The notes under the pieces were generated by a model, which did not search any database, was not told where the DNA came from, and was given only the letters and a program-made list of their open reading frames with translations. A program made the position numbers and the translations under genes. A stretch of DNA of 50,370 nucleotides, taken from a virus (taxonomy: Duplodnaviria; Caudoviricetes). Shown one piece after another: positions 1 to 9,433 of this stretch; position 1 is the stretch's first letter; each line of letters opens with the position of its first letter. The stretch lies in IMG/VR virus record IMGVR_UViG_3300025096_000031, positions 1-50,370 of that record. One strand, written 5' to 3'.

Positions 1-143
1 AGATCCTAAAACATATGATCCTAATTATAAAGCACCCGTTGGATATAAGACAAGTGAGTATGCTGCTGCGGTCCGTAAATGGCGTCCTGTAAATAGAGAT
101 AATACTCTATTGGATGATTATACCCCCGAAATGGAAGAAGAGT
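1..143. repeat. Terminal direct repeat, left copy (circular assembly overlap)
   Basis: 1-143 is identical to 50228-50370 except C127 vs T50354. Confidence 0.97.
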
Positions 144-3100
144 CATCTGTTCTATTGGAGCAGATGGACAACTATGTCTATCCTACATTATTCCCCATAA
201 ACCCAGATGCTGCTACGCCTGATCCTTCTACCTGGACGGAGAAGAGTGGCAACGAGGCATTCCAGGAGGCAAAGTTAAGGGGAGAAGTCCTGGAGTTTAG
301 AAATGAACAGGAGGCTATGGCCTTTGCAGAATCTAAAGGTAGTGGAGATTGGAAGTCTGTACCAGAGGAACCAGATCCACAAATGGATCTAACAATAGGT
401 AAGCCTGTTGAATATAAATCTGCTTTTGCAGAAAAGATTTTGGCATATGATTCATTGCAAGAGAAATGGGTGGTAGATCCTAATGTAGGTTATGATGATT
501 TTCAAGCCCCATCAATGAAGACAGGATATTATGATTCTAAAGAACAGAAGTGGATGAATCCAGAGATTACCAGGAATCTGCCTGACGGATGGGACCGCAG
601 AACAAGTAATATGACTCACGATGAGCATAAAAAAGCGATTGATATATATGATAATGTTGATAAGGATATGTATATCCCGTTTAAGGAAGAAATTGTCAAT
701 ATACCCCTGCAGCCGCCTGATGTAGCAGGTAAGCAGTATGAACTCTCAAGTGCTGATGATTATAAACAATATTACTATGCAACGGCCATTAAGGCTCTTT
801 CTGAATATTATGAACTACCAGAGGTGTATTTCGATCAGGAAGATGTTGATGCCTATGCTGCAGCGAAAAGTCTTTCTGTAGGCCAGGCAACGGTTGCTGC
901 AATAAACTCAACTTTATCATCTGTATCTGTTGGTATAACAGAAAACCTATGGGATCCAACCCCTAATCAGGATGTCATAGCGAAACACAAACAAATGTTA
1001 CCATATAGTAAGGAAGGCCAGGGTTGGCCTAAAATACAACGATCCTTGTTTGCGGTAGGGCATACAGGCGCAGAGGTTTCAGCATATTTAGGACCAACAA
1101 AAGCATTAGGATTGTTGAAACTGAAAAATGTCCCTGTAGGTTATGCTGCTATGATGAGATCTGCAGCAGTTTTTGGTAGTGTAGGTGGTGGTCGGAGAGT
1201 ATTTGATCCAGATGAAAGGGAACATATGACGCTCTCAAAATGGTTGGTTGGTACCACATTGGATACTGCATTAGGATCCGCATTCCCATTTATGGGTAGA
1301 CTTGGTGGTGAGGTATTAAAGACACCTAATACATATAGGGCTTTCGCAAATTATATGGCACAAAGCACGGCATTGACGGGTGGGATGACCGCAGTAGGAT
1401 TTGCAGATGGCCTGGCTGCATATATGATGGAAAATCCTAATCAGACATTTACCGAGGCTTTTAAGACGGTTGGTGAAGGTGTTGTAGATCCAGAGATGTT
1501 ATTCCAATCGTTTATGACAATGTCTATACTGCACGGATTGGGTGCAGGACCGAGATTCTTTAAAGGTGGAAAATTGAAAGCAGAAGAGTTGGCCAAGTTA
1601 GAAAAGGTTGTCGGGTTAATGTGGGAAGATGCCCCATTTGATATAAAGAAGAAACCAAATACGGTCCCTGAAATGGTTGAATACCAGGAGAAATATAATC
1701 TATGGGTAGAGTCCAGGGGGAATAAGGCAGAATATCAGATAGAGAACGGAAAACGCATCGAGCATAATGAAAAGCGTGATGCATTAAATGAAAAAAGATT
1801 AATGGACAGGGATTATTACCAACAAGAATTAGATGCAATGGATTGGAAGGATGTGTTTGAATGGGCGAATGCAAGGCAGCAGGATTATTTCAGACATAAG
1901 GGGATGTTATATAAGGTTGAGTTAAAGTACCCCCGTCCCGTTATTAAGACATTAGAAGAGGGCGTAGCCCATTCCCAATGGATTGCGAAAGAGAAACAGA
2001 AGGTCCAAATGGAAATGGACCAATTTGAAAAGAGTGGTCGGGTTAATAAGAATTTATTGGGTGATAAAACGGTGGAGCAGTATGAGTCTGGCCTGAAAGA
2101 CAAGATGGAGAAACTCAACATTATGGAAAGTGATGTTGGGGCCGTCATTAGGAAGGCTGCTGATGTAGAATTAGATGGTGGAAAGGCCAGGAAGGGAGAT
2201 CCAGATAAGGTAGTTATCCAGGAAGATATATTAAAATCAGGTCTTGAGGATGCTGTAGAACCACCAAAGGAGATCACAAGCAAGGAAATCACAGAAGGTA
2301 AGGGCCTGGGTGATAACTCTATCACGATATTGGAATCAATGTTTAATAAGCAGGAGGCTTTTACAAATGAACAAGCGCAAACGGCATCAATTCTCGAAGG
2401 ACATATAAAAGAAAAATTTGATGCTATGGCAGAAGGTAAGCCGCAGTTATTAAAAATGATTCAAGATTCTAAACTTCCAGATGGAACAAAAAAACGGATC
2501 CTGGGCGAATGGTATGATGTTAGGGTTGAAAAAGCAGCAGGACAGAAGATGGCCGAAGATCCAGGAAGAGAAAAACAGATAGAAGGATTTGTAAAAAAAG
2601 AAGGTAAAATAACAGAAGATTCAGTTGAATGGCAGGACCATAAAAGTAAGGATGGTAAACGGACCATAGCGCAGTACACGGAGATCGGTGATAGTCCTAC
2701 GGGGAAAATATATATCCGAAGGAATCCTGATGGTACATATCGTGTGTCAAAATTTGTTGAGAAGGCAGATGGTCCTGTACTTTATTCTATGGGGGATAAG
2801 GTGCATAAGGATTTCAATAGTGCATTAAAATCGGCGGAGATGGAAGTAAGCAGCAGTAAACCAGATGTACCAAATAAGACTTGGACAGGAGATGAATACA
2901 AGCAAACACACAGACCAAGAGAAGATGGACCAACTGCAAGTGATTTAACGGGTAAAGATTCATTTGCACCAGATGATATCTATGAAAATCCACAACATTA
3001 TATAGGTGTTACTCCAAAGGATCCTGCATATAAAGAAACCATAGATGCATTCCAGGCTATGAGAAATGCAAAAGGTAATCCAGATGCAATGATTACTGTG

Positions 3101-6100
3101 TATAGAACGGGACCAAAGAATGAGTTGAATGATGGTGATTGGATAACGCTATCAGAATCATATGCCAAACAACATAGTAAGCACCCAACAGATCCAGAAC
3201 AAGATATGCCTGTTCATAAATTTGAGGTCCGTGCAGGTGATATGAAGTGGTCTGGTGAAGTGTTAGAGGAGTGGGGATATTTCCCTGATATAATAAAGCC
3301 AGGTGTAAAAAATCCTGGGGCAAGAAGGAAACTGATAAAGGAGTTTGATGCAGGGAAAAGGCAATTGTGGGAACTTACTATGGATGAGAGAGGCTTAACA
3401 CAATTAGGCGAAGATGCGCTCACAAAGAATGTGCCAGAACTATCTAAACTTGACAAAGAACATAAACAATCAGTTTTGGATGCGTTAGGACGGGGTGAAG
3501 ATGTAAGGCCAGAAGTATTAGAATCTTTCGGTATAACAAATACAGGTCGAAGTAAGCCACCTGGTGATCCCGAATCGGAACCTGTAGTCCCTGTTCAGCA
3601 GCCTGGCAAGGTGAGTAAGTTTAGGAAAGAAAAGGATCCAGAGAAGAGATATGAGATATTGCGTAAGGGTAGGGTTCAAACATTAAATGATATAGCAGGT
3701 GCAAAATTAAGCAAAACGGATAACGCAGTATTTGAAGGCACCCATAAGCAGATCACATTAGTAGAGAGCAAGGATGATCCTTCTGTTGTTTCTGTACTAT
3801 TTAATGGATCGAAGGAACCACAAAATAAGGCACAGAGAGATTGGGTGGCAAAAAATATGCCAATGAAGGGTAGAGATTTTATTCAACAAAAAATTATTGG
3901 TGAGCAGAAGGGTTGGGTATTATCAGAGAGAGGAAATAAACTATACGACCAGGGGCAAATAAATAAAGCGGTCAAATCAGGTGGTATGACACAGAGTGAG
4001 TATGATACACAGGTCAAGCCTACCAGGCCTAAATCATATCGGGGATCACAGGTGGTTGTACTTGATAAAGATCAATCAAGGGTGAAAGACACAGATCTAT
4101 ATAGGGTAAAACAAAAAGGTGGGACCTTTAAGAATATAAGTGATGGTCGCTATGTGATCTATGACAGTAAGGGTAATAAGCCATTAAATGATGCTCTTAA
4201 TAAGTTAGGTGAGGGCGGTAATGATATAGGACCATTTAAGAATAGTAAGGCTCTTGATAATATCCAACCAAGTAGAAATAATGAATTAGGTAATGATGGT
4301 GTTATTGTAGGTTATAGTCGGGGAGCAGGGGGCCACGGAGAATCAAGCACTAAAGATTACACGGCCTGGTTGAGTGATGGCCTCAATGCCGTATCTGTAG
4401 ATGCAAAATATATTGATATGTTCCAAAAGTTTTTTGGTCCAGACCTGACATATAAATTCAGCAAAACTAACCCAAATATAAGCGCAGTTACTATTTTCGA
4501 TTCCAAAGGTAAAGAAATTGGAATGGTGATGCCTATCAGGAATGATAAAGCAGATGCACCACCTAATATCCAGGGGTATTTAGGGGCCAAGCAGAGTGAA
4601 AAGGCCAATAATAATCCGTTCCTGGCAAAAGGTGGAAGTGGTAAGGGTGGTTTAGGATCTAAAAAATTTACAAGGGAAGATAAACAAGGCAGCGCTAATG
4701 ATCAATTTGAGATGGCTGACCTTAATGATCCTATCAAGAGGGCTGACATAGGTAACGACCTGATCAGGAATCTATCCTTAAATAAGGGAGAGAATGTTAG
4801 ATTTAAGAGAATAAAGAATTTTGCAAAGAATGCGGTGGCGATATTCTTTCCCAAGTCAGAAATCATTAGGGTTAACTCTTTAAAAGATGTAGACGATCTC
4901 TCTCACGAAATAGGCCATTATTTGGACATCAGTTTATTCGGAATATCAGAGTCGATGAGAGTAAAAGGACACGATCAGTTGGCTATCCAGGTAAAGAAGT
5001 GGCGGAATATGAAACAGGGTACATCAAAGGACACCAAGATGAAAGTATTGGTGAACAAGTATGGCCAGGAGGCGGTAGATAGGTGGGAGGAACGGTTAGA
5101 GGTCCAGGATGAATTGATATCCTTCCTACAGAAAAGATTTTACCCTGAATTGACAGTTAAAGAGGGAATTGCAGAATTTGTTTCTGATTATGTAACTAAT
5201 CCCAAAAATGCAGCAAAAGAGGCCCCAAAGTTTTTTGAAATGTTTGAGGGTATAATTAAGGATACACCTGTTCAGAAAGCATTAGTACAGGCCAGGGACC
5301 AGATGAAGGATTGGGATGCTCTGGATCCAAGAGTCCAGATAGAATCTACAATTCATCGTAAAGGTGAAGAAGGATGGTTAGAGGGTATTGTAAAAGAAGT
5401 GTATGGGGATGCATACTTTAACCTGGTAGACTTTACTCAACCCCTGCGTAGAGTAACGGACAATTTTATGGCAGACAATCCAGGTGCTAAAGGTCACGAA
5501 TTGGTTATCAATCAGTTTTTGTCAAACCTGGGGACAGAAGGTAAGGCACAACAATTCCTGGATAATCATCCATTTAGAATAACAAATGGGGAGATTACGA
5601 TCAGAGAAGATATTCCAGGGCTTATGAAAATACTGCAACCATTCATAGCAGGTGGAGGCACAAAGATTAAGGCATTAGAGGGCTACCTGGTTGCTCAAAG
5701 GAACATAGAATTACATACAAGATATAAGGGCCAGGCGGCTACATTGGGCCTGGAGAAGTCGCGTCAAGTTCGGGAACTGTATGAGAAGGATTTCCCAGAA
5801 TTAAAAGAAGCAGCAGAGCAAATATATGAGTACCAGGACGCCGTACTTGACTATTATAAAGATTCGGGGATGTTGAGTGAATTGGATGTTGATAATATTA
5901 GACAACTAAATAAGTTTTATATTCCGTTTAATCGTTATTTGCACGGCGAAGAAATGTATAAGGTTGGTAGCCCTGGTGGTAAGTATAGTCTTGATAAGTT
6001 TTTAAACGACAAGTCTTATCAAAAGGTTCGGGGTATTAAGGGTGCAAAAGAAGATGTGATGCCGCCATTAGAGCAGATTATAGCCAATACATTCCAATTG

Positions 6101-8272
6101 ATCAGCGCAGCAGATATGAACAGGACAAAGGTTACATTGGTCAATAATCTGTTGTTGACAGGAAGTGGCTCTGGAGTACAGAAGATACCGAATAGTAAAC
6201 TGTTTGTAACAGAACAAAAAGATCCAAATACAGGGGAAGTTATCAATAGGATCTATCAGCATAGGAAGGTCCCAATTGAAGGTCCTGGTATTATATCAAT
6301 GAGGGTGAATGGTGAAATTGGTTATTATGAAGTCACTCCAGATGTGTACAAAGCCTTTCAACATCTAAACACAACAACAAGCAAGTATCTCAAGGTGGCT
6401 GCTTTACCTTCCACAATATTAAGGAAAGGTGCCGTTGAATATAATCCACTATTTGGTTTAAGAAATGTACCCAGGGATATAGGATCATCTATATTCTATA
6501 CAAAGCACGGATATAACCCCTTCCATTTTATTACAGGGGCCAAAAGTTATAATGCTAATGATATTGTTTTTCAAAAGTTCCTGGCAAGTGGTTCAGCACA
6601 AAGTTATTTAGTTGGTATTGATAAACACCTGGATGTGGGTAAGAACAGTATGTATGCACATCCTGCGTATCAGGCAATAGATGGTTGGCGGCCTAATGGT
6701 TTAAATCCATTTAAGCAGTTCAAGAAGTTTAATTCATTTACAGAAACGGCTAATAGGGTTGGTGGATTTGCTAATGCACTCAATAAAACAGGAGATGTGT
6801 ATCTTGCAATGGCTGAAGGTAGATCTATTGCTGCAGATTATGGGTTAAGAGGTGCAAGTATGCGTAATGCAGGTGCATTATGGCCGTTCTTGAACGCCAG
6901 GATTCAGCATACAAAACAATTTGGTATTGCACACAAACCAGAAAATTTAGCCAAGACGATCACAAAGGGTGCTATATACTATGGCGCCCCAACTATAGCC
7001 AATTGGATGTATTGGCATTCATCTGAAGAGTTGGCTGATCGGTATGCTGATATGCCGACCTGGAGAAAATACGGATTCTTTAATATACCTATACCAGGCA
7101 GCCAATATACATTCAGCCTACCAACGGGCGGTTTCGGCTATGTATATGGTAAGGCCCCAGAAACATTTTTGAATTACCTGAATGATCCTAATTTTGGTTA
7201 TAGGGAAATATTGGAATCATTAGCATCAGGATGGGAACAGATTATGCCTGTAGGTGGCGGTGGAGGATTTGCAACCGAAATACTCCCTTATCCTGCACAA
7301 TTGATTGCAGAAAATGTTGTTGGCCACGATTTTTTCACAGGTCGGAGAGTTATACCCAGGGAAATGGAACACCTGGATAAGTCACTACAGTATGATGAGA
7401 ATACACCTATACAATTGAGGTGGATTGCTGATAAAATAGGAATGTCCCCAAAGAGGCTGCAGCATTTTGTTTCTTCTACATTTGCAGGGACGGGTGATTT
7501 TGCTATGGATGTTGTAGATGACCTGGCGGTGGCCACAGGCCTGTCGGACCATAGGTATGCTACCTGGACAAAGTTGTCTGATTATCCATTTATGAGGGCG
7601 TTTGTGAGTAGGATGCCTTATAGAGGTAAGCAAGGCTTAACATATCAAAAGATGTGGGAGAACCTGGATGGTTTACAAACAATAGATAATACAGTTAATA
7701 AGTGGATCTCTTTAGATAATAGGGATGCAGGTGGAGTCAAGGAAAGAATAGATAATTTAAGTAGTGGTGAGGTGCCTAAACAGTTAGATAAATATCTTTC
7801 AAAAGGTGATAATATGCAGAAGTACCAATGGATGCATACTGAATTCGATTCTGGTTACCCTGATCTACAGGGGAATCCAAAGTACACAACGAATATGAAA
7901 CAGATCAATAAATTCCACGATGTAGTGAAAATGATAGGAGATATCAATATCCTGGCTATGAAAGAAAAGGGGTATATGACGGACCAACCTATGGCCGCAG
8001 ATTTTAAAAGGTTGTGGAAGAATATGAGTAAAGAAGAACAGGCAGAATATAGGGGTAATGAAAAGTTGCTCTCTGGCCAGGATATCGTATTCCATAATAA
8101 TCTTATTATAACGGACATCACCAAGCAGTTGTACAATGCTATGGAAAGTGGTGATAATTTTGTATTGGACCAATCGTTGATGCTTACTGATGATCTTATA
8201 AAGAAATATTTAGTAGATTTTCCTTTGAAATTTGGTAAAAAGAATATCAAAGAGAAAATCCTACAGAAGTAG
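1..8272 (+). CDS. Giant polyvalent/ejection protein, 3' part (true start 49407 across the junction, ~3030 aa); ART-like, zincin-like and LPD38-like regions
   Basis: Frame is open from ATG 49407 across the repeat. Motifs: HEIGH (4904-4918) plus downstream EGIAEF; YR...GDWITLS..YA..H...EEWGY (~2900-3290); C-terminal region resembling LPD38 (YADMPTWRKYGFFNIP...HDFFTGRRVIP...SPKRLQHFV). Confidence 0.75.
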   Translation, partial: DPKTYDPNYKAPVGYKTSEYAAAVRKWRPVNRDNTLLDDYTPEMEEESSVLLEQMDNYVYPTLFPINPDAATPDPSTWTEKSGNEAFQEAKLRGEVLEFRNEQEAMAFAESKGSGDWKSVPEEPDPQMDLTIGKPVEYKSAFAEKILAYDSLQEKWVVDPNVGYDDFQAPSMKTGYYDSKEQKWMNPEITRNLPDGWDRRTSNMTHDEHKKAIDIYDNVDKDMYIPFKEEIVNIPLQPPDVAGKQYELSSADDYKQYYYATAIKALSEYYELPEVYFDQEDVDAYAAAKSLSVGQATVAAINSTLSSVSVGITENLWDPTPNQDVIAKHKQMLPYSKEGQGWPKIQRSLFAVGHTGAEVSAYLGPTKALGLLKLKNVPVGYAAMMRSAAVFGSVGGGRRVFDPDEREHMTLSKWLVGTTLDTALGSAFPFMGRLGGEVLKTPNTYRAFANYMAQSTALTGGMTAVGFADGLAAYMMENPNQTFTEAFKTVGEGVVDPEMLFQSFMTMSILHGLGAGPRFFKGGKLKAEELAKLEKVVGLMWEDAPFDIKKKPNTVPEMVEYQEKYNLWVESRGNKAEYQIENGKRIEHNEKRDALNEKRLMDRDYYQQELDAMDWKDVFEWANARQQDYFRHKGMLYKVELKYPRPVIKTLEEGVAHSQWIAKEKQKVQMEMDQFEKSGRVNKNLLGDKTVEQYESGLKDKMEKLNIMESDVGAVIRKAADVELDGGKARKGDPDKVVIQEDILKSGLEDAVEPPKEITSKEITEGKGLGDNSITILESMFNKQEAFTNEQAQTASILEGHIKEKFDAMAEGKPQLLKMIQDSKLPDGTKKRILGEWYDVRVEKAAGQKMAEDPGREKQIEGFVKKEGKITEDSVEWQDHKSKDGKRTIAQYTEIGDSPTGKIYIRRNPDGTYRVSKFVEKADGPVLYSMGDKVHKDFNSALKSAEMEVSSSKPDVPNKTWTGDEYKQTHRPREDGPTASDLTGKDSFAPDDIYENPQHYIGVTPKDPAYKETIDAFQAMRNAKGNPDAMITVYRTGPKNELNDGDWITLSESYAKQHSKHPTDPEQDMPVHKFEVRAGDMKWSGEVLEEWGYFPDIIKPGVKNPGARRKLIKEFDAGKRQLWELTMDERGLTQLGEDALTKNVPELSKLDKEHKQSVLDALGRGEDVRPEVLESFGITNTGRSKPPGDPESEPVVPVQQPGKVSKFRKEKDPEKRYEILRKGRVQTLNDIAGAKLSKTDNAVFEGTHKQITLVESKDDPSVVSVLFNGSKEPQNKAQRDWVAKNMPMKGRDFIQQKIIGEQKGWVLSERGNKLYDQGQINKAVKSGGMTQSEYDTQVKPTRPKSYRGSQVVVLDKDQSRVKDTDLYRVKQKGGTFKNISDGRYVIYDSKGNKPLNDALNKLGEGGNDIGPFKNSKALDNIQPSRNNELGNDGVIVGYSRGAGGHGESSTKDYTAWLSDGLNAVSVDAKYIDMFQKFFGPDLTYKFSKTNPNISAVTIFDSKGKEIGMVMPIRNDKADAPPNIQGYLGAKQSEKANNNPFLAKGGSGKGGLGSKKFTREDKQGSANDQFEMADLNDPIKRADIGNDLIRNLSLNKGENVRFKRIKNFAKNAVAIFFPKSEIIRVNSLKDVDDLSHEIGHYLDISLFGISESMRVKGHDQLAIQVKKWRNMKQGTSKDTKMKVLVNKYGQEAVDRWEERLEVQDELISFLQKRFYPELTVKEGIAEFVSDYVTNPKNAAKEAPKFFEMFEGIIKDTPVQKALVQARDQMKDWDALDPRVQIESTIHRKGEEGWLEGIVKEVYGDAYFNLVDFTQPLRRVTDNFMADNPGAKGHELVINQFLSNLGTEGKAQQFLDNHPFRITNGEITIREDIPGLMKILQPFIAGGGTKIKALEGYLVAQRNIELHTRYKGQAATLGLEKSRQVRELYEKDFPELKEAAEQIYEYQDAVLDYYKDSGMLSELDVDNIRQLNKFYIPFNRYLHGEEMYKVGSPGGKYSLDKFLNDKSYQKVRGIKGAKEDVMPPLEQIIANTFQLISAADMNRTKVTLVNNLLLTGSGSGVQKIPNSKLFVTEQKDPNTGEVINRIYQHRKVPIEGPGIISMRVNGEIGYYEVTPDVYKAFQHLNTTTSKYLKVAALPSTILRKGAVEYNPLFGLRNVPRDIGSSIFYTKHGYNPFHFITGAKSYNANDIVFQKFLASGSAQSYLVGIDKHLDVGKNSMYAHPAYQAIDGWRPNGLNPFKQFKKFNSFTETANRVGGFANALNKTGDVYLAMAEGRSIAADYGLRGASMRNAGALWPFLNARIQHTKQFGIAHKPENLAKTITKGAIYYGAPTIANWMYWHSSEELADRYADMPTWRKYGFFNIPIPGSQYTFSLPTGGFGYVYGKAPETFLNYLNDPNFGYREILESLASGWEQIMPVGGGGGFATEILPYPAQLIAENVVGHDFFTGRRVIPREMEHLDKSLQYDENTPIQLRWIADKIGMSPKRLQHFVSSTFAGTGDFAMDVVDDLAVATGLSDHRYATWTKLSDYPFMRAFVSRMPYRGKQGLTYQKMWENLDGLQTIDNTVNKWISLDNRDAGGVKERIDNLSSGEVPKQLDKYLSKGDNMQKYQWMHTEFDSGYPDLQGNPKYTTNMKQINKFHDVVKMIGDINILAMKEKGYMTDQPMAADFKRLWKNMSKEEQAEYRGNEKLLSGQDIVFHNNLIITDITKQLYNAMESGDNFVLDQSLMLTDDLIKKYLVDFPLKFGKKNIKEKILQK

Positions 8273-8283
8273 TATATTTACAT

Positions 8284-8487
8284 ATGCTTAAAGCAGAAGA
8301 TATTAGTAAAAGATTGAGTGAGTTGGATTCTCTCATCAATAACGCAATAGCAGAAAAGAATCAGTTAATCGGTTACAAACAAGCACTAATAGAGGCACAA
8401 GATGAAAAAATTTCTGGAAATGCTCAAGAAAATGGGGATGAAGTTCGCCATAGGGCAGATAAGGTCAAAAAAGGATCACATACTTGA
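8284..8487 (+). CDS. Small coiled-coil hypothetical protein
   Basis: ORF immediately after the giant gene; heptad-like pattern. Confidence 0.55.
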   Translation: MLKAEDISKRLSELDSLINNAIAEKNQLIGYKQALIEAQDEKISGNAQENGDEVRHRADKVKKGSHT

Positions 8488-8620
8488 TGGCATAAATAAG
8501 AAAATGGATCTTCCCCTGTTATCAGAATCTGATGAAAGGGAATTATTGGATGGTATCTGGTCTTTAATAGATGATGTATTAGAAGAGATTGTAGAAGATG
8601 ATTCCAAAGTTTCTGGTTGA
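8402..8620 (+). CDS. Hypothetical protein (lysis-region)
   Basis: 72-aa ORF with an amphipathic basic N-terminus and acidic C-terminus; overlaps neighbours. Confidence 0.6.
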   Translation: MKKFLEMLKKMGMKFAIGQIRSKKDHILDGINKKMDLPLLSESDERELLDGIWSLIDDVLEEIVEDDSKVSG

Positions 8621-8756
8621 AAAAATAATTAAACTTGTTCTAAAGCAGTTGGACCTGGACAAAATATCTGATTATGTCTTTGGTGAAAATGAATTAGATA
8701 GAAAGACAGAGGCCCTGGAAAAAAGGGTTGCTGCTTTAGAGTCAAAAAAAAAGTAA
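8598..8756 (+). CDS. 52-aa hypothetical protein missing from the ORF track (MIPKFLVEKIIKLVLKQLDL...LESKKK)
   Basis: Read by hand: ATG 8598 to TAA 8754-8756, with TAATG overlap onto the lysozyme start. Confidence 0.65.
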   Translation: MIPKFLVEKIIKLVLKQLDLDKISDYVFGENELDRKTEALEKRVAALESKKK

Positions 8757-9181
8757 TGTTTCAAGTAGATCTCGAAGAACTAATCACGGACCTTAAGCGG
8801 CACGAAGGATTCCGTAGTCGTGTCTATGATGACACACGGGGGATCCCAACGATCGGGATAGGTTTCGCTATAAAGGATCTTGAACTTGACGAAGAGGTCT
8901 GTAATCTGATCCTGGAGAAGAAAATAACAAAATTGTTGCCCAGGATCTTCAATAGGTTCCCATTTCTGAAGGACCAACCAAATACTGTCAAAATTGTAGT
9001 AATAAATATGTGCTATCAGATGGGCGTATCTGGGGTATCAAAGTTTAAAAATTATCTTAAAGCGTTAGAAAATAACGACTATATAACTGCTGCGGTAGAA
9101 ATGCTTGATAGTAGATGGAGTCGCCAGACTCCAGGTAGGGCGAAGGAATTGTCTGAAAAGATAAAATCCCTTGCGTCTTAA
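8756..9181 (+). CDS. Lysozyme/endolysin, GH24 (T4-like)
   Basis: LKRHEGFRSRVYDDTRGIPTIGIG gives the E-x8-D-x5-T triad; also NMCYQMG and SRWSRQTPGRA. Confidence 0.92.
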   Translation: MFQVDLEELITDLKRHEGFRSRVYDDTRGIPTIGIGFAIKDLELDEEVCNLILEKKITKLLPRIFNRFPFLKDQPNTVKIVVINMCYQMGVSGVSKFKNYLKALENNDYITAAVEMLDSRWSRQTPGRAKELSEKIKSLAS

Positions 9182-9200
9182 ACCACTCCCAAAGTAACTT
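9171..9200 (+). promoter_or_regulatory. Putative sigma70-type promoter for the recombination/replication module
   Basis: TTGCGT (9171-9176), 18-nt spacer, TAACTT (9195-9200), upstream of the HTH gene. Confidence 0.35.
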
Positions 9201-9238
9201 AAACACACCAAAAATCACTAAATAACATAGGAAATGCT

Positions 9239-9433
9239 ATGCCAGAGATGATATTATATACACCAAAAGAGGTATCGGAGATATTAAAAATTTCGTATCG
9301 GAAGGTATTAGATCTTATTAAAGATGATGAAATAAAGGCCGTTGAAGTACCTGGGGGCTATCGTATTAAAGCACAGGATCTGGAAGAGTGGCTTAACTAT
9401 AATAAAAAGGATAAGGTTAATAATGATAACTGA
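9239..9433 (+). CDS. Excisionase-like/MerR-type helix-turn-helix DNA-binding protein
   Basis: YTPKEVSEILKISYRKVLDLIKDDEIKAV...GGYRI...DLEEWL pattern. Confidence 0.85.
   Translation: MPEMILYTPKEVSEILKISYRKVLDLIKDDEIKAVEVPGGYRIKAQDLEEWLNYNKKDKVNNDN

Noticed and set aside
110-112. TTG at 110 as the start of the giant protein
   Set aside because: The frame is open upstream across the circular junction to ATG 49407
1560-8250. Numerous short minus-strand ORFs opposite the giant gene (and opposite other late genes)
   Set aside because: Antisense shadows with no RBS or recognisable motifs
9239-9433. Lysogeny module implied by the excisionase-like HTH
   Set aside because: No integrase, CI-like repressor or partition genes recognised; lifestyle cannot be called
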